64,000 nucleotides of DNA from Spirochaetia bacterium (GTDB taxonomy: Bacteria; Spirochaetota; Spirochaetia; SZUA-6; Bin103). The DNA lies in NCBI GenBank assembly GCA_965199955.1, contig CBDATQ010000001.1, positions 1,760,001 through 1,824,000 of the forward strand. The letters run 5' to 3'. Positions 30,324 to 38,874 of this stretch are shown piece by piece. The notes under the pieces are model-generated. The model was given only the letters and a program-made list of their open reading frames with translations. It was not told the origin of the DNA and ran no database searches. The position numbers were made by a program, and so were the translations under genes. How positions within the stretch are numbered: the first letter of the stretch is position 1; every line of letters begins with the position of its first letter.

Positions 30324-30398
30324 GCCACCTCGTCAACTTTCCTGCAGGCAGCATGGCCTCGGCATACGGTGGCGGCAAGCGGCCACGCCGGGGCTGGA

Positions 30399-30435
30399 GG
30401 TAATGGGTCAGTTTGATTGAACTGACCCACTACCG
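30399..30435. repeat. Collapsed IS/MITE-like footprint: inverted repeat flanked by direct repeats
   Basis: GGTAATGGGTCAGTTT-GATT-GAACTGACCCACTACC, with GGGGCTGGA at 30390-30398 and 30436-30444. Confidence 0.7.
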
Positions 30436-30483
30436 GGGGCTGGACGGCCATCTCGTTATGAGATACTGTCGTACCAGGAACGC

Positions 30484-30771
30484 GTGCATGTCATCACTCG
30501 GCGCCGGTTGAACGAGTTCGCGCAGGAGCACCCCGAATGCGGGTCTTCGTTGGCCGCCTGGTACCGAGTCGTGAAGCACACGGATTTCGCCTCGTTTGCG
30601 GATGTTCGGAGGGTGTTCCCCGGCGCCGATCACGTCGGGAGATTCACGGTATTCAATATCGGAGGAAACAAGGTGCGGCTCATTGCCGCGATCCATTACA
30701 ACCGCAAGAAGGTCTACATACGCCACGTGCTCACGCACGCTCAGTATGACCGAGGAACCTGGAAGGAGTAG
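30484..30771 (+). CDS. higB: HigB-family mRNA interferase toxin
   Basis: HVITRRRLNEF, ADHVGRFTVFNIGGNKVRLI, VLTHAQYD. Confidence 0.9.
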   Translation: MHVITRRRLNEFAQEHPECGSSLAAWYRVVKHTDFASFADVRRVFPGADHVGRFTVFNIGGNKVRLIAAIHYNRKKVYIRHVLTHAQYDRGTWKE

Positions 30772-30774
30772 CCG

Positions 30775-31179
30775 ATGATTGCCGAGTTGGAACGACTGTC
30801 AGCGGTATGGACACCGATCAGCGAAGTCTTGTCCGTTCCTCACACCGAAGCCGAATACCGGCGAATCAGCGCCCTTCTCGACCTCGTGGTCGACGAAGTG
30901 GGGGAGCATGACTCGCATCCGCTGGCCTCCATGATGGAGACGCTGGGCACACTGGTTGATGCCTACGAGCGGGAACACGTCAGGGAGTTGCCAAGTAGCC
31001 CTGTCGCCGTCATTCGGCTCTTGATGGAGGAACATGGGTTGAACCAGTCCGATCTGCCGGAGGTCGGCAGTCAGGGTGTGGTATCGGAGATTCTGCGCGG
31101 GAGACGGCACCTCAACGTCCGCCAGGTGAGAGCGCTCAGCGAGCGGTTCGAAGTCTCCCCGGCGGTGTTTATCGAATAA
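30775..31179 (+). CDS. higA: HigA-family HTH antitoxin
   Basis: LMEEHGLNQSDLPEVGSQGVVSEILRGRR; 3 nt downstream of higB. Confidence 0.9.
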   Translation: MIAELERLSAVWTPISEVLSVPHTEAEYRRISALLDLVVDEVGEHDSHPLASMMETLGTLVDAYEREHVRELPSSPVAVIRLLMEEHGLNQSDLPEVGSQGVVSEILRGRRHLNVRQVRALSERFEVSPAVFIE

Positions 31180-31333
31180 GGGCTCTGCTCGAGAGGCCGA
31201 CCGCGCCACTCAGAAGGTCCTGGCGGGCGTTTCAGACCGGAGCCGCTCGACTCTTTGACACCTCGCGCGCGCGATGCCAGCATCCGGCATCCCATCCCCT
31301 CGCCGTATGAGGCGAGCCTCTCAAGGAGCAATC

Positions 31334-32548
31334 GTGAAGCGCATCCTGTTCATCATTCCGTTGCTGTTGCTGGCGAGTCTGTTCGCGACCGCCCAGGATC
31401 GGCCTGAAAAGCTCGTGTACCTGACACCGCCGTGGGGCGCCCCGTCCGACGAGGTCGTTGCGCTCTTCGAGGAGCGGTCCGGCATCGACCTGGAGGTCGC
31501 CACGGTGGACATCAACACGTCCCGCGACCGCGTGCTGACCGCGACGGCGGGCAGGACCAATCCCGCCGACGTGATCTTCGTGAGCGCGGACACCTTCGCC
31601 GCGTTCCAGAGCGCGGGAGCGATCGCGGCCCTGGACGACCTGGCTCCGGCCGACATGCTCGGCGGCCTCGCCGGCGTCGACCAGTTCGTTCTGGACGGCG
31701 TCCTGTGGGCCGTGCCGCTCTACCAGCAGATGGTGATGATCGACTACGACACCACCTCGCTCGACGCGATCGGCCTGACCGCCGCGGACATCGCCACCTG
31801 GGACGACTTCGAGGCGGCGCTGCTGGCCATGAAGGAGCAGGGGCTGTACGAGTATCCCTACGCCGCCGGCATCCGTCCCTGGACCTGGTACCTGATCGCG
31901 CTGTCCTCGGGGTCGGAGCTGTTCGACGCGGACAACGATCCCGTGTTCGACGATCCGTCCGACCCGGGCCATGCCGCGTTCGTGCGGGTGATCGACTGGT
32001 TCGAGAAGGGGCTGATCTCGCCGGAGCGGCTGAGCTCGGCCAATCCTCACCCCAGCTTCTGGGCGGGACAGGCCGCGTTCCACCAGGCATGGCAGGGGGC
32101 CCTGGGGATCGCCAACAACCCGGAGCGCTCCCAGGTCGCCCCGAACGCGGACTACCTGCTGCTGCCCGACCAGCACCACACGTGGCTGCTGCCGGCCGGG
32201 CTCACGGTGAGCGCGTTCACGGACCATCCGGAGGCGGCGATGGAGCTGGTAGAGTTTTTCGCCGGAGAGGACATGCAGCGCTTCCTGTTCGACGCCAACG
32301 GCCTGTTTCCGGCGAGCACGGCGGTGTTCCAGGCGTTGGGCGATGCCGATGCCATCGACGGCTTCGAGGCGATGAACGAGCAGGCCAAGTACATCGTCAC
32401 GATTCCGTATGATCAGCCGTGGTACATCGAATTCGAGAAGGAAGCCGAGCAGCTCATGCTGCGCGCCGCCCGCGGTGAGCAGGCGCCTGAGGACGCGCTG
32501 GCCGAGCTGGCCGAGTTCGCGCGCGAGTTGAAGGCGGACTACGAATAG
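31334..32548 (+). CDS. Carbohydrate ABC transporter substrate-binding protein
   Basis: AAGGAG RBS, signal peptide VKRILFIIPLLLLASLFATAQ; upstream of two permeases. Confidence 0.85.
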   Translation: MKRILFIIPLLLLASLFATAQDRPEKLVYLTPPWGAPSDEVVALFEERSGIDLEVATVDINTSRDRVLTATAGRTNPADVIFVSADTFAAFQSAGAIAALDDLAPADMLGGLAGVDQFVLDGVLWAVPLYQQMVMIDYDTTSLDAIGLTAADIATWDDFEAALLAMKEQGLYEYPYAAGIRPWTWYLIALSSGSELFDADNDPVFDDPSDPGHAAFVRVIDWFEKGLISPERLSSANPHPSFWAGQAAFHQAWQGALGIANNPERSQVAPNADYLLLPDQHHTWLLPAGLTVSAFTDHPEAAMELVEFFAGEDMQRFLFDANGLFPASTAVFQALGDADAIDGFEAMNEQAKYIVTIPYDQPWYIEFEKEAEQLMLRAARGEQAPEDALAELAEFARELKADYE

Positions 32549-32563
32549 GGGACTCAGGAGGGG

Positions 32564-32586
32564 CCGCTCGCGCGACCCGCGAGCGG
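32564..32586 (+). terminator. GC hairpin after the binding-protein gene (attenuating or stabilising stem)
   Basis: CCGCTCGCG-CGACC-CGCGAGCGG; no U-tract. Confidence 0.45.
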
Positions 32587-32646
32587 TCGGAAGCCGGGCT
32601 TCAGGCGATTGGAGCCCGGCTCTCTCGTGCCCTCGACCGGCCGCGG

Positions 32647-33501
32647 GTGCTGGCGGGCGCGGTGCTGGTGCCGACGCTGGCCCTGGTGGTCCTGTTCGGC
32701 CATATCCCCGCGCTCTCCTCGCTGCGGCTGGCCTTCTCGCGCTACAACATCAAGCAGCCGGCGCGGCGCGGCTTCGTCGGCCTGGACAACTTCGTCCACG
32801 TCCTCACCGACGACGCCTTTCACGCCGCGCTGGGGCGCGTGGCCTACTTCATGGCCACGGCCATCGTTGCCGTGCTCGCGATCGGGCTGGTCTTCGCGCT
32901 GGTGCTCAACCGCGATTTCCGCGGGCGTGCGCTGTTGCGGACGGTGATCATCATCCCGTGGGCGATCCCGCCGGTGGTGTCCGGGCATGCGTGGCGCTGG
33001 ATCTTCAACGGCGAGTACGGCGCGCTGAACGGACTGCTGTGGCAGGCAGGCGTCATCGACGAGTACCGGTTCTGGCTCACCGAACCGCTCACCGCGCTCT
33101 CCGCCGCGGTGCTGGTGTTCGTGTGGCGCTTCGTGCCCTTCGTGGCCGTGCTGTTCCTGGGCGCACTGCAGACCATTCCCGCCGAGCTGTATGAGAGCGC
33201 CGCCGTCGACGGCGCCGGCCCCGTGCGCCGCTTCCGGCACGTCACCGTGCCCGCGGTGACGGCCATCGCCGCGATCGCGCTGGTCCTCACCGGCATCACG
33301 GCATTCAACGTGTTCGACGAGATCTATGCGCTCACCGGACCGCAGGAGATCACGCGCACGCCGATGATCTACAACTACGAGACGACGTTCGTGCGCGGCC
33401 GCTTCGGCCGAGGGGCGGCGATGGCGTACCTCTCCGGCCTGGTGCTGTTCGCCCTGTCCATCGTCTACATGCGGCTGGCGCTCCGCGAGCGGGACGTGTA
33501 G
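32647..33501 (+). CDS. Carbohydrate ABC transporter permease
   Basis: FVGLDNF, PWAIPPVV, ELYESAAVDGA (EAA loop); start codon uncertain. Confidence 0.9.
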   Translation: MLAGAVLVPTLALVVLFGHIPALSSLRLAFSRYNIKQPARRGFVGLDNFVHVLTDDAFHAALGRVAYFMATAIVAVLAIGLVFALVLNRDFRGRALLRTVIIIPWAIPPVVSGHAWRWIFNGEYGALNGLLWQAGVIDEYRFWLTEPLTALSAAVLVFVWRFVPFVAVLFLGALQTIPAELYESAAVDGAGPVRRFRHVTVPAVTAIAAIALVLTGITAFNVFDEIYALTGPQEITRTPMIYNYETTFVRGRFGRGAAMAYLSGLVLFALSIVYMRLALRERDV

Positions 33502-33509
33502 GGGACGTC

Positions 33510-34412
33510 GTGCCCGCCTCCTCGCTGTCGATCGCCGGCGCACCGCCGGTCCGCCGCGTGCTGTCGCGCGGCCTGCTCTGGACGCTGGTGGCGCTGATGA
33601 CGGCCTGGAGCCTGGGACCGATCGTCTGGATCTTCATCTCCTCGATCTCGGTGCGCGCGGAGCTGTACTCGGTGCCGCCGCACTGGATCCCGCATGAACC
33701 GACCCTGGCGCCGTATCGGACGGTGCTGTTCGAGGGCGAGGGGTTCCGCGGCGCCGCCGGGCAGGCGGCGGCGGAGCTGTTCCGCGCGGGGCTGCTCAAT
33801 TCGCTGATCATCAGCACCTCGACGACGCTACTGGTGATGGCGCTGGCGCCGCTGCTGGGCTACGTGTTCGGCCGGATCGAGTTCCCCGGCCGCCGCGCCC
33901 TGTTCTACTTCGTGCTGGCGCTGATCGCGTTGCCGGGCTGGCCGATCATCATCGGCCTGTTCCCGATGATGTCGTCGCTGCGGCTCCTCGATACCCGGCT
34001 CGGGCTCGTCATCCTGCTGTTCACCTACCGGATCCCGTTCGAGATGTGGTTCATGACCGGCTACTTCCGTGCCGTGCCGGCGGAGATCGAGGACGCGGCC
34101 CGCGTCGACGGCTGCACGCGCCTGCAGGCGCTCTATCGCGTCACCATCCACATGGTCCGGCCGGGCATCGTCGCGGTCTCCATCATCTCGTTCCTGCACT
34201 CCTGGAACTTCTTTCTGGTGCCGCTGATCATGGCGTACACGCTGAGCTCCAAGCCCCTGACGGTCACGATCACGGAGTTCATCGGCCAGTACTACGTGCA
34301 CTGGGACCTGATGTCGGCGGCCACCATCCTGGCCATCGTGCCGCCGGTGGTGATGGTCATCCTGTTCCAGCGGCACATCGTCCGCGGGCTGTCGGCGGGA
34401 GCGATCCGGTGA
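33510..34412 (+). CDS. Carbohydrate ABC transporter permease
   Basis: EIEDAARVDGC, SWNFF, FQRHIVRGL. Confidence 0.9.
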   Translation: MPASSLSIAGAPPVRRVLSRGLLWTLVALMTAWSLGPIVWIFISSISVRAELYSVPPHWIPHEPTLAPYRTVLFEGEGFRGAAGQAAAELFRAGLLNSLIISTSTTLLVMALAPLLGYVFGRIEFPGRRALFYFVLALIALPGWPIIIGLFPMMSSLRLLDTRLGLVILLFTYRIPFEMWFMTGYFRAVPAEIEDAARVDGCTRLQALYRVTIHMVRPGIVAVSIISFLHSWNFFLVPLIMAYTLSSKPLTVTITEFIGQYYVHWDLMSAATILAIVPPVVMVILFQRHIVRGLSAGAIR

Positions 34413-35623
34413 GGCCGGCGGTCCGGTTTGGGGCCGACGTGCTGCTGCATCGGCCTGAGGGCGCCGCGTTCCGGGAGCGGCTGCGCGGGCGGCGCGTGGC
34501 GCTGGTGGCCCACCCGGCCAGCGTCGACGCGCGCCTGCGGCCGGTCTGGGAGCTGATCGGCACGCTCCCGGACGTGCGGCTCACGGCGCTGCTGTCGCCA
34601 CAGCACGGCTTTGCCGGTGAGAAGCAGGACGACATGGTGGAGAGCGCCGACGCGTACCATCCCGAGCTCGGAGTGCCGATCCTCAGCCTCTACGGCGGGA
34701 CGCGCCGCCTGCGTCCGGAGTGGATCGACCGGTTCGACGTGCTGCTGTTCGACCTGCAGGACGTGGGTGTTCGCGTCTACACCTTCCTGACCACCCTGGG
34801 CTACCTGCTCGAGGATCTGGCCGGACACGCCGACCGCGAGCTGTGGGTGCTGGACCGGGCCAACCCGGCGGGCCGCTGCGTGGAGGGGCTGGCGCTGCAG
34901 CCCGGCCAGGAGAGCTTCGTCGGCTTGGCGACCCTGCCCATGCAGCACGGTCTGACCATGGGCGAGTGCGCGTGCTGGTATCGCCGCTTCGCCGGTCTGG
35001 ACGTGCGGCTGGAGGTGGTGCCGATGCTCGGCTGGGATCCGCACGCGCCATGGCCGGCGGAGCGGGTCTGGCTGCAGCCGAGCCCGAACATGCCGTCGCC
35101 GGCGACGGCGCGTGCCTACCCGGGCACCGTGCTGCTGGAGGGTACGACGCTGAGCGAGGGCCGCGGCACCACGCGCCCGCTGTCGCTGGTCGGCCACCCG
35201 CGGGTCGACTGGTCCGCGGTCAGGCGGCGCCTGGAGGAGCGCTGCCCGGAGCTGCTGGCCGGCCTGGTGATGCGCGACGTCTGCTTCGAGCCGACCTTCC
35301 ACAAGCACGCCGGGCGGCCGTGCCCGGGCTTCGAACTGGTGACCGCCGATCCGGTCTACGACCCGGTCCGGTGCCGCCCGTACCGGCTGATCGCCGCCAT
35401 CCTCCGGACCGTTCGGGAGCTCCATCCCGGCCTGCCGCTGTGGCGGGACCCGCCCTACGAGTACGAGACCGATCGCCTGCCGATCGACGTGATCGCAGGC
35501 GGCCCGGCCCTGCGCCGCTGGGTGGACGGTGCGGACGGCGAGCCGCCGGAAGCCTGGGAGGGCAGGCTGCGGGCGGACGAACGTGCGTGGGCGAGGTTGA
35601 CCGAGCCCTTCAGGAGATACTGA
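34409..35623 (+). CDS. namZ: DUF1343 / NamZ exo-beta-N-acetylmuramidase family protein
   Basis: SPQHGF, SLYG, FDLQDVGVRVYTF, HGLTMGE, PSPNMP, SEGRGTTRP; GTGA overlap with the permease. Confidence 0.88.
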   Translation: MRPAVRFGADVLLHRPEGAAFRERLRGRRVALVAHPASVDARLRPVWELIGTLPDVRLTALLSPQHGFAGEKQDDMVESADAYHPELGVPILSLYGGTRRLRPEWIDRFDVLLFDLQDVGVRVYTFLTTLGYLLEDLAGHADRELWVLDRANPAGRCVEGLALQPGQESFVGLATLPMQHGLTMGECACWYRRFAGLDVRLEVVPMLGWDPHAPWPAERVWLQPSPNMPSPATARAYPGTVLLEGTTLSEGRGTTRPLSLVGHPRVDWSAVRRRLEERCPELLAGLVMRDVCFEPTFHKHAGRPCPGFELVTADPVYDPVRCRPYRLIAAILRTVRELHPGLPLWRDPPYEYETDRLPIDVIAGGPALRRWVDGADGEPPEAWEGRLRADERAWARLTEPFRRY

Positions 35624-35630
35624 GCGTCGT

Positions 35631-36704
35631 TCAGGAACCGTTGCGCGGCAGGGGCAGGTCGACGCGGTTGTGGCCATTCTGTTGTGAGGCCAGGATTCCC
35701 AGCAGGATCTCGAGCGTCCAGCGCGCGTCGGTGCCGGGCGACACCAGGGTTTCGCTGCCTGAGTCCAGGGCTGCCACCAATTCGTCGACCGCGGCGAGCT
35801 GGTTGACGTACAGGTAGTCGCCGGGCACCAGCTCCGCGGCGCGCAGCTCCCGGTTCATGCCGCTGCCGCCGCTGGTGAGGATGCGGCCATGCTCGCCGTG
35901 GAACTCCACCCGGCCGCGCTCACAGGTGATGCTGAGGATCCCGGCGTTGAACTCGGTCTTGTAGCCGCTGAAGATGCCGCGGATGTCGTCCTCGAAGCCG
36001 ATCAAGGCAGTGGCATACGGGTCCTGGGCCGGGTCCTTGCCGCCGTCGCCCTGGTAGCGGTCGAAGTGGTCGAACCCGGGCTCGAGCTTCGCGCTGACCC
36101 AGCGCGGCTCGGCTCCGGCGAAGAAGCAGAGCAGGTCGATCATGTGGGTGCCGTTGCGGAACATCATGGCGCGGGGGCCATAGTGCTCGACCGCCACGGT
36201 ACGCACCGCGCCCAGCGCGCCGGAGGCCACCATGCGCTGCGCTTTGGAGTGGGAGGCCGACCAGCGGCGGGTGTGGTCCACAGACAGCAGCACGCCGTTG
36301 CGCGCGCACGCCTCGATCATCCGGTCGGCGTCCTCCAGCGTGGTGGCGATCGGCTTCTCGCAGAAGATCGCCCGTGCGCCCGATTCGGCAGCGGCCACGG
36401 TCAGGTCGGCGTGGACGTGGTCGCCGGTGACGACGCTGACGATGTCCGGCTTCTGCTCTGCCAGGAGCTTGGCGAAGTCGGTGTGGACGGCGACGTCGGG
36501 AAGGTCCGGCCACGTCTCCCGGAACTCGTCGAGCGCCTCGCTGCGCAGGTCGCAGACGCCGACCAGCTCGGTGCGCGGGTGCTCGGCGTAGCAGGACACG
36601 TGGGAGCGGCCCATGGGGCGTCGCAGACCGCCGCTGAGGACCTCTGCGCGCCTGGCGCCGATGCCGGTGAGGCCGACGACCGCGGCCCGGTAGATCTGTT
36701 CCAT
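35631..36704 (-). CDS. Gfo/Idh/MocA oxidoreductase
   Basis: VVGLTGIG, KPDIVSVVT, IFCEKP, NGTHMID. Confidence 0.9.
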   Translation of the reverse strand: MEQIYRAAVVGLTGIGARRAEVLSGGLRRPMGRSHVSCYAEHPRTELVGVCDLRSEALDEFRETWPDLPDVAVHTDFAKLLAEQKPDIVSVVTGDHVHADLTVAAAESGARAIFCEKPIATTLEDADRMIEACARNGVLLSVDHTRRWSASHSKAQRMVASGALGAVRTVAVEHYGPRAMMFRNGTHMIDLLCFFAGAEPRWVSAKLEPGFDHFDRYQGDGGKDPAQDPYATALIGFEDDIRGIFSGYKTEFNAGILSITCERGRVEFHGEHGRILTSGGSGMNRELRAAELVPGDYLYVNQLAAVDELVAALDSGSETLVSPGTDARWTLEILLGILASQQNGHNRVDLPLPRNGS

Positions 36705-36721
36705 TCCCCGGATGATACCCG

Positions 36722-37876
36722 TCAGGGTGTCGGCCCGGCCACCACGTCGCCGGCGCGGACGGTCAGGCGCGGCACCCAGCGCACGCCGTGCCGTTCCACG
36801 CCGTCGACATCGCGCAGCGGCACCGGGTTACCTCCCTCGGCCTGCTCCAGCACGGCCAGATCCGCGCAGGTGCCCGGCCGCAGCGAGCCGACCTCGCTGT
36901 CCAGTCCCAGCACCTCGGCGGGGCGCAGGGTCGCGCGGCGAAAGGCCTCGCGTTCCGGCATGCCGGCCGCGATCACCTTGGAGACCGTGAGCGCCAGGTC
37001 GTGCTGCGGGCGGGAACCGACGTGGCGGTGGTACTGGTCGCTGGAGATCGTGTCGGGCCAGAACCCTTCGCCGATGGCCGCTTCCGCGACCGGGAAACTG
37101 AACGAGGCCATGCCGTGGCCGATGTCGAACAGCACCCCGCGGGTCCGAGCCTCGCGGACGCAGGCGCGCACGCGGCCGTGCCGCACCAGGCCCTCCGGCA
37201 GCGGGTTGAAGCAGTAGGTGACCACGTCGCCGGCGCGCAACAGCGGGAGCTGCTCGTCCAGCGGCCAGTCGGGGTCCATGCGCGTGCCGAACAGCAGCGG
37301 CCGGCGGGTGCGCCCGGCGGCCTTCAGCGCCCGATCGAGCAGGGGATGCGGGTCCATGCCGATCGAGGGGCCGGTGTTCACGGCGATCCCCCAGATGTCC
37401 GCGCCGCCGTCCTCGATCGCGGCGACGCACGCGTCCACGTCGGCGTCTGCCAGCGAGCCGTAGGGGCGGTCGGGATCGGACTCGCCGCGCCGCGACAGGT
37501 GGATGGCCAGGCGCACCCGCGTGCGGCTGGCGGCGATCACCCGGTCGCGATAGTCCGGCCAGTTGCCCGCCCCGGCGTCGCCCTGCGAGAGCACCGTGGT
37601 CGTGCCGCGGGGCAGCAGGTGCACGTCCGGATCGATGCCGTAACGCGACCCGCCGCGCGCTGGATGGGCGTGCAGGTCCACCAGGCCTGGGATCAAGAGC
37701 CCGTCCGGGAAGCTCACCCACTCACGGGTCGTGCCACTAACGTCCGGTCCCGCCGCCGCGATGCGGCCCCCGCGTACGGCGACCGCTCCCGGTCCGTCGA
37801 ATCCGGCGGCGGCGCACAACACACGGCCGGCGCTGATGATCAGATCGTACCTCGCGGAGTCGTCCCGTGGTTTCAC
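36722..37876 (-). CDS. Amidohydrolase/deacetylase family metallohydrolase (dihydroorotase-like)
   Basis: PGLVDLHAH, GTTTV..GDAG, FDIGHG..SF, PDTISSD; two likely His ligands appear substituted. Confidence 0.8.
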   Translation of the reverse strand: MKPRDDSARYDLIISAGRVLCAAAGFDGPGAVAVRGGRIAAAGPDVSGTTREWVSFPDGLLIPGLVDLHAHPARGGSRYGIDPDVHLLPRGTTTVLSQGDAGAGNWPDYRDRVIAASRTRVRLAIHLSRRGESDPDRPYGSLADADVDACVAAIEDGGADIWGIAVNTGPSIGMDPHPLLDRALKAAGRTRRPLLFGTRMDPDWPLDEQLPLLRAGDVVTYCFNPLPEGLVRHGRVRACVREARTRGVLFDIGHGMASFSFPVAEAAIGEGFWPDTISSDQYHRHVGSRPQHDLALTVSKVIAAGMPEREAFRRATLRPAEVLGLDSEVGSLRPGTCADLAVLEQAEGGNPVPLRDVDGVERHGVRWVPRLTVRAGDVVAGPTP

Positions 37877-38874
37877 GGCGTGAAGAAGAAGGTGTCGGAC
37901 CGCATGGTGGCCAGGCCGATCTGGGAGATGCCGCCGCGTCCCCGGCCGCCGGGCCGGGTGTCGGCGATGTGGCGCGGCTCTCCACTGGAGCGGCCCTCGT
38001 ACCACATGTAGTACACCCCGTCGATCTTCTCGGTGGTGCCGTACCAGATGCCGCAGTCGTCCCAGGTGCTCTCGGGGCCGCGCTCGAAGACCGGATTGCC
38101 GGGGTAGCGGGTCCAGGTGACCAGGTCGTGCGAGGCCGCGACGCCGAAGTGCCAGGGCGTGTCCTCGTGCCGGTCGCTGCCCGCGTACACCATGTACCAG
38201 AGGCCGTTGTCGCGGAAGATGCGGTGGGTGGTAACCGTCAGCCCTTCCCAGCTACCCGGCTCGCCCACGCCCAGCACGATCTGCCGCCGGGTGTGGTCGA
38301 ACCGGTAGGGGTCGGGCGAGCGCACCAGGCAGATGTCGGTGCCGCCGCGCGGATCCAGCGCGGAGTAGAACATCCAGTACTCGCCGGCGTGGTGCACGAC
38401 CTCCGGCGCGGCCGCGAACGCCGGGATCAGCGGCTCGTCGGCCCAGCGCTCGAAGCGCAGCCCGTCGCCCGACACCGCCAGGCCGATGCTCTTGACGGAG
38501 TGGCCCCACCCGCGGCCCACGCTGCCCGGCCGCTCCTGCGGCACCGCCGTGTAGTACAGCAGGTACGTGCCGTCCGCCACCACGATGGCGGGATCCAGTG
38601 CTCCCATGTCGTCGAAGCTCCCGGCCGGGCCCGGACGGGTCACGGGGTTGCCAGGGTGCTCCTGCCACGTCACCCCGTCGAACCGTTCCACAGGGCAGGT
38701 GAGCAGCCCGATGGCCGCGTTGACCGTGCCGTCGTCGTGCTTGGCGTTGCCCCGGAAGTAGAGCCGCCACTGGTCGCCGACGCGGATCACGTCGGCATTG
38801 GCGGTCACGAAGTTGTGCCACGTGCCCGGCTTCACGGGGATGATCGGATTGGCCGGGTGCCGCTGCAGCGTCAT
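37873..38874 (-). CDS. Five-bladed beta-propeller glycosidase-like protein (GH32/43/130-like)
   Basis: Repeated HPANPII/HPGNPV/YPGNPV, DPAIV, IGLAVS.DG motifs. Confidence 0.65.
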   Translation of the reverse strand: MTLQRHPANPIIPVKPGTWHNFVTANADVIRVGDQWRLYFRGNAKHDDGTVNAAIGLLTCPVERFDGVTWQEHPGNPVTRPGPAGSFDDMGALDPAIVVADGTYLLYYTAVPQERPGSVGRGWGHSVKSIGLAVSGDGLRFERWADEPLIPAFAAAPEVVHHAGEYWMFYSALDPRGGTDICLVRSPDPYRFDHTRRQIVLGVGEPGSWEGLTVTTHRIFRDNGLWYMVYAGSDRHEDTPWHFGVAASHDLVTWTRYPGNPVFERGPESTWDDCGIWYGTTEKIDGVYYMWYEGRSSGEPRHIADTRPGGRGRGGISQIGLATMRSDTFFFTP

